Shown here one piece after another: positions 59,871 through 64,000 of a DNA stretch of 64,000 bases (positions within the stretch are counted from its first letter, which is position 1; each line of letters starts with the position of its first letter). The notes below the pieces were generated by a model. It had not been told where the DNA came from. It worked only from the letters and a program-made list of their open reading frames with translations, and made no database searches. A program made the translations under genes and the position numbers. Origin of the DNA: Hydrolagus colliei (lineage: Eukaryota); contig CM068763.1 of NCBI GenBank assembly GCA_035084275.1, positions 10,912,001 to 10,976,000 on the forward strand, read 5' to 3'.

Positions 59871-60704
59871 GCTCATTATGATGGGCTGGGTAACAAGAAT
59901 ATTGCCTTATTAAGTCTTCTTATTTCTGATGTCCCAAATGACATAACTTGAATACCTACAGTGTACGCAGGGACCGATCGGAAAGACGAAAGGCTTGAGG
60001 CGAACAGCAGACCATCCTTCACAAAGGTTTAGTCCAAACGGCAGCGACAACCGGTTCAAAAAGAGTCGAGATATCGGAATTTGCCCCTCTTTGGCAGCCG
60101 GGTAAACAGCTTTATATAGCACGGCATTCCTGTCAAGTCTGAGATGACAACACTCCCAACGCAGTGGTGGGAATGCGCCACAGTTTTGTGAAATTCTTGT
60201 TGGATGATTGCAGCCATAAATGGGATGCCGCGCACTCTTTAAATAAAAAAACACTATGCTTTTAGACTTTGCTGAGGACCCAGCTCTTTATGCGCAAGTT
60301 TACTGTACAACCTTGTCGTCGTCGTTGTGTGCTGGACAAGTGAGGTTCGCGTCTTAAACGCCTGCGCGTTTCGCTGATTCGAATTGAAATGTGTATTGAA
60401 GTCTGCTCAGCGGCCACGCGTTCTAGATGTGGTATAAGTAGCGTAAGACTCATTATGTTAGGTGGGTTTGGTCCATTGTGGCTCTGCTTGTTGAGCAGGT
60501 CTGGACAAGTAATAATCCTTGCATTTCGTAAAGTAAAGGAAGTGGTGGTGGTGGTGGTGGTGGTGGGGAATGATACCCTCAAGGACATTTGGATTATTAT
60601 TCCAGTCCTTTACAATGGGATCTGTGTGTTGTCTGTAATACACTGAGTCAGGTATTAACTTGTACGTATTAACTTGCGTTTTTCTTGGAAGTAAGCATTT
60701 CGTG

Positions 60705-61043
60705 GAGCTCCTGTGGCTCAGTGGTTAGAGCACTCGCCTTACATGCGCAAGACCTGCGTTCGAATCCAGGCAGGTCAGGGCGAAACCTTGGGCAAGTTTC
60801 CTTCGTCCACCCATACACCTAATAATAATCCCTCCCCCAAAGAAACCACAATAATCAAATTGGGTCATTTTCAATCCATGACTGTTTGTGGGGGACGCTG
60901 CTGTGCGCGATTGGCTGCCACATTTGTTTTGCACACAAATACACAGTCAATTCATTCTACAGTATATTCCGTGAAGCGCTTTGAGGCGTCGATAGCATCT
61001 GAAACGCGCTATATCAAATGCAGTTATATTTATTATTATTATT
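60705..61043 (+). mobile_element. Full-length SINE flanked by a ~60-bp imperfect direct repeat
   Basis: Head, body and tail; flanks 60640-60700 and 61044-61109 are similar to each other. Confidence 0.88.
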
Positions 61044-62057
61044 ACACTGCATCAGGTATTAACTTGTGCCTTTGATTTGCCTTTCTTGGAAGCAAGGAAG
61101 CAAGCATTTGTTAGATTGACGGCGTTGATGAGGCGAAAGGCAGATGTTGAGAGGTGCTGCTGTGAAACTCGCAAATGCTGATTTAAGAGGTTTGTCAGTA
61201 GGTTTTGGGATGGGGCCAATCGAGTTCCTGTTAGGTCATCGGTTTTCAGCTGATTTTTTGTATCACATGCCATCGGGATTTGTCAAGCGCAATAATTGCA
61301 CACACTCACTCACTCACCCAGACCTGTCATAACTCATCCACTCTCCGCGTTAGGTCATAATCTTGCCTTTCGTTTCGACACCACTTTCTATTGTTCTCCT
61401 TATCCCGTCCGAACGCCCGGAATTCTTGCAAACGGTGGTCACATCGCAGGTGGGTTCGACACGCAGTTTTTATGGTGTGTGTGGCGTTTTTTTTTTTGAA
61501 AAAAACAATAAAGAGAGCCATGGGAATCTCCCCTCGAGGCTGTCTCGATGAATCAAGTGAGATTTTGTTTCTTAAGTTCCCGAACTTCAAAAGAAAAAAA
61601 AAATTGGCATCACACCTGGATTGTCAAGGAAATTAGGTCAGGTGGTGGTGGTGCGTGTGTGTGCCAGGAAAAAGATTAGATTTGTTCCTTTGAGGTGGAA
61701 TTGGCGAGAATGCCTTTAATTCAGACTTCACTGTTCTGCTGTGATTTACTAAGGAATCTGGAATCTTTCTCGTGTCATTAGTTTGATGAAGGCTTGATGG
61801 TTTGATATCTATTATTCAATCGCAAACATTGTAATAATCCTTGCATTTGATGTGACGCACTTTTCAGGTCGAGAGGACTTCTCAAAGCGTAGTGTTGTGT
61901 CTGTACACTTTGCGGACGAACGCCTACAAGTAGTTAGAAATGGTTAAGAATATTCGTAGATTCTTATTGGCAAAGCCAAATGTGTATTCTGAAAGTTTAA
62001 AACCTGATATTACAGAATTATCCATTTCAATTTACAGTTGCAGCGCCTAATCACGCC

Positions 62058-62440
62058 TTCTACTTAACCGATCTACTCTCCCCCTACACGCCCACCCGGA
62101 CCCTCCGTTCAACAGGACTTGGCCTGCTCCAAGCCCCCCGCCCGAACCCCCCCACCATCGGAGGCCGGGCCTTCAGTTTCTCCGCTCCAACCTTATGGAA
62201 TGCCATCCCTCAATCCCTCCGTTTCGTCTCTTCCCTTTCCTCTTTCAAGGCCGGTTTGAAGACTTTCCTCTTCGATCGTGCCTTTTGTTCCACCCCGAAC
62301 TCTTTTACCTCCCCTTCGTGTTTCACCCCTTCCCAAACACTCCCCTCCCAGCTCGGGTCACACGCCTCCTGTTCAGCGCCTTGGGACGTCCTCCCGACAT
62401 GAAAGGCGCTCTATAAATGTAAATTGTTGTTGTTGTTGTT
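62058..62440 (+). mobile_element. L2 LINE 3' end with intact ORF2 C-terminus and (TTG)n tail
   Basis: From 62061: YLTDLLSPYTPTRTLRSTGLGLLQAPRPNPPTIGGRAFSFSAPTLWNAIPQSLRFVSSLSSFKAGLKTFLFDRAF; tail GCGCCTTGGGACGTCCTCCCGACATGAAAGGCGCTCTATAAATGTAAATTGTTGTTGTT. Confidence 0.88.
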
Positions 62441-62820
62441 CAGGACGTCTCAAAGCTTCACAGAATATACTGTAAACTGAATTGACTGTATTTTGGGGGG
62501 TGAAATATATTCTTAAGGTTTCACTTCCTGTCTTTGACCTAATTCCGTTAATGACAGGTGATTAAACACCTAGTTTGAAGCAGGAAGTCCAGAGTTGAAT
62601 TCCTAGAGATCCTGAACGTTTCCCCCTGAACGTTTCGATGATTTTTATGAGGCTTATAAAAGAGATATAGAAATGTCTTTATTTGAAAAAAATCTCTCTG
62701 CTCTGGTTAAGTGGCTTGTGGGATTTTCTCGCCTGTAACCACATTTCCTGTAGGCTTTAGATTTTGTTGTTGCTTTTATTTTTAGACCGCGTCAAAAGCC
62801 ATTTTGACAACATACCGGTA

Positions 62821-63115
62821 ATAATACTAATAATCCTTGCATTTGATATAGCGCTTTTCACGCTCTTCGAGACGTCTCAAAAGAGCTTCACCGATTATAC
62901 TGTAAAGTGAATTGACTGTATTTTTGTGGGTGAAACGCGGCAGCCAATTGCGCACAGCAGCGTCCCACACAAACAGTCGTGGATTGGAATGACCAATTTT
63001 ATTATTGTGTTTTTTGGGGGGATGCCTTATTATTAGGCCTGTATGTGTGTGTGGAGTAAGGAAACTTGCCCAAGGTTTCGCCCTGACCTGCCTGGATTCG
63101 AAACACAAGTCTCAC
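62821..63115 (-). mobile_element. tRNA-derived SINE, partial head
   Basis: Near-consensus body and tail on minus. Confidence 0.85.
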
Positions 63116-64000
63116 TCATGCATGAGCTTACATCCTTGTCAAGTGCTTTGAGACGTCTCGAAGGCCCAATAAGGATTATTATTTTGTTATTGTATTATTA
63201 TGATTATTATTAATACTGTACTTGGGGAAGAATTCACCGACCTCTCTTGCCTCCGAAGGTGCTGACTCACTCTTGGGACACTGTTGGCCATCGGCCTTTC
63301 AGAATCTTGCTCAAGTAGCTACTCTCGAGCCTAGAATGTCAATGTCAGCAGATCATTCGATTGTGGGATTATTCCAACCACAGTCTTTCTTCAACGCAGC
63401 TGCACTATCCAGCAGAGGTCATTGAATAACATTTGTGTGTGTGTGTGTGTGTGTATACATGTGTGTGAATTCTTAACTGAATTTTCCCTTCCTGGTCAGG
63501 GAAACTGAGATTAATCATTCATCAGATACCAACTTGCTTGAGAGCTCTTAACGCTGCAGAAATTGGATTCCCCCCCCACCCCACAACCCTCACCCCCGCC
63601 CCCCCCCCCCCCCCCCCACCTCCTAGCACAAGAGCAATACTTTGAGCAAAGATAGCATGCCTAGAATTCATTTCCATTTTTAATTATTCACACAATCATT
63701 TACAGAAAGGGGGAATTTTTGCTTCTGGTGCGGAATAAATTAAAGCCTTGTATTGCGATCGCTCTTTATTCTGTGAATGAGGAACTGGCTTAACTAAACC
63801 TGCGAGCAACAGAGGAGAACGCACAATTTGTGTTGATTATTTTTTCACCTCCCCCCCCCACCCAACCTCTCTGTCCTAACAAGATACAAATCTAATTTCC
63901 TCCTTTTTGAAACTCAGAAGTTCCCGTTTTGTGCAGGTGGCCGATGAACATATTGTTAAAACGGCCCTTTAATCGACGGCTCGAGGCAATTGCGATCTGA

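Noticed and set aside
59910-60588. 108-114-aa minus-strand ORFs in the MACF1 intron
   Set aside because: No recognisable domain or consistent splice structure, and the lengths are compatible with chance.
51912-64000. MACF1 common exon 2 (DERDRVQKKTFTKW)
   Set aside because: Not found by eye in the rest of the window; it presumably lies further downstream.

Overview
Repeat-rich vertebrate genomic DNA. It is probably a cartilaginous fish; this is an inference from shark-type CR1 3' ends, a Deu-domain SINE and compact introns. I reconstructed five complete spliced genes by hand from splice sites and recognisable peptides: a B7/butyrophilin-like Ig-superfamily gene (+, 1422-3848), alpha-L-fucosidase FUCA1 (-, 11924-6198, 8 exons), ZBTB8A (-, 16574-14348), ZBTB8B (-, 26890-24170) and HEYL (+, 40517-44140). 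Two alternative first coding exons of MACF1 follow (+, 46213-46378 and 51818-51911). Intergenic and intronic DNA is dominated by one tRNA-derived SINE family with an L2-type tail, plus L2 and CR1 3' fragments, microsatellites and a 413-bp N gap. The most notable observations are: (1) the B7-like IgC domain has both canonical Cys positions encoded as Phe (TTT); (2) a 237-bp palindromic insertion with a 13-bp target-site duplication and a hammerhead/Penelope-like remnant sits in a ZBTB8A intron; (3) a helically phased array of RFX half-sites lies in an apparently bidirectional promoter with no + strand gene nearby; (4) FUCA1 intron 7 needs a GC donor; (5) the ZBTB8A C-terminus may be frameshifted; (6) a covarying 3' stem-loop is shared by the SINE and two L2 tail families. 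No database searches or folding programs were run, so gene names rest on recalled similarity to human orthologues.
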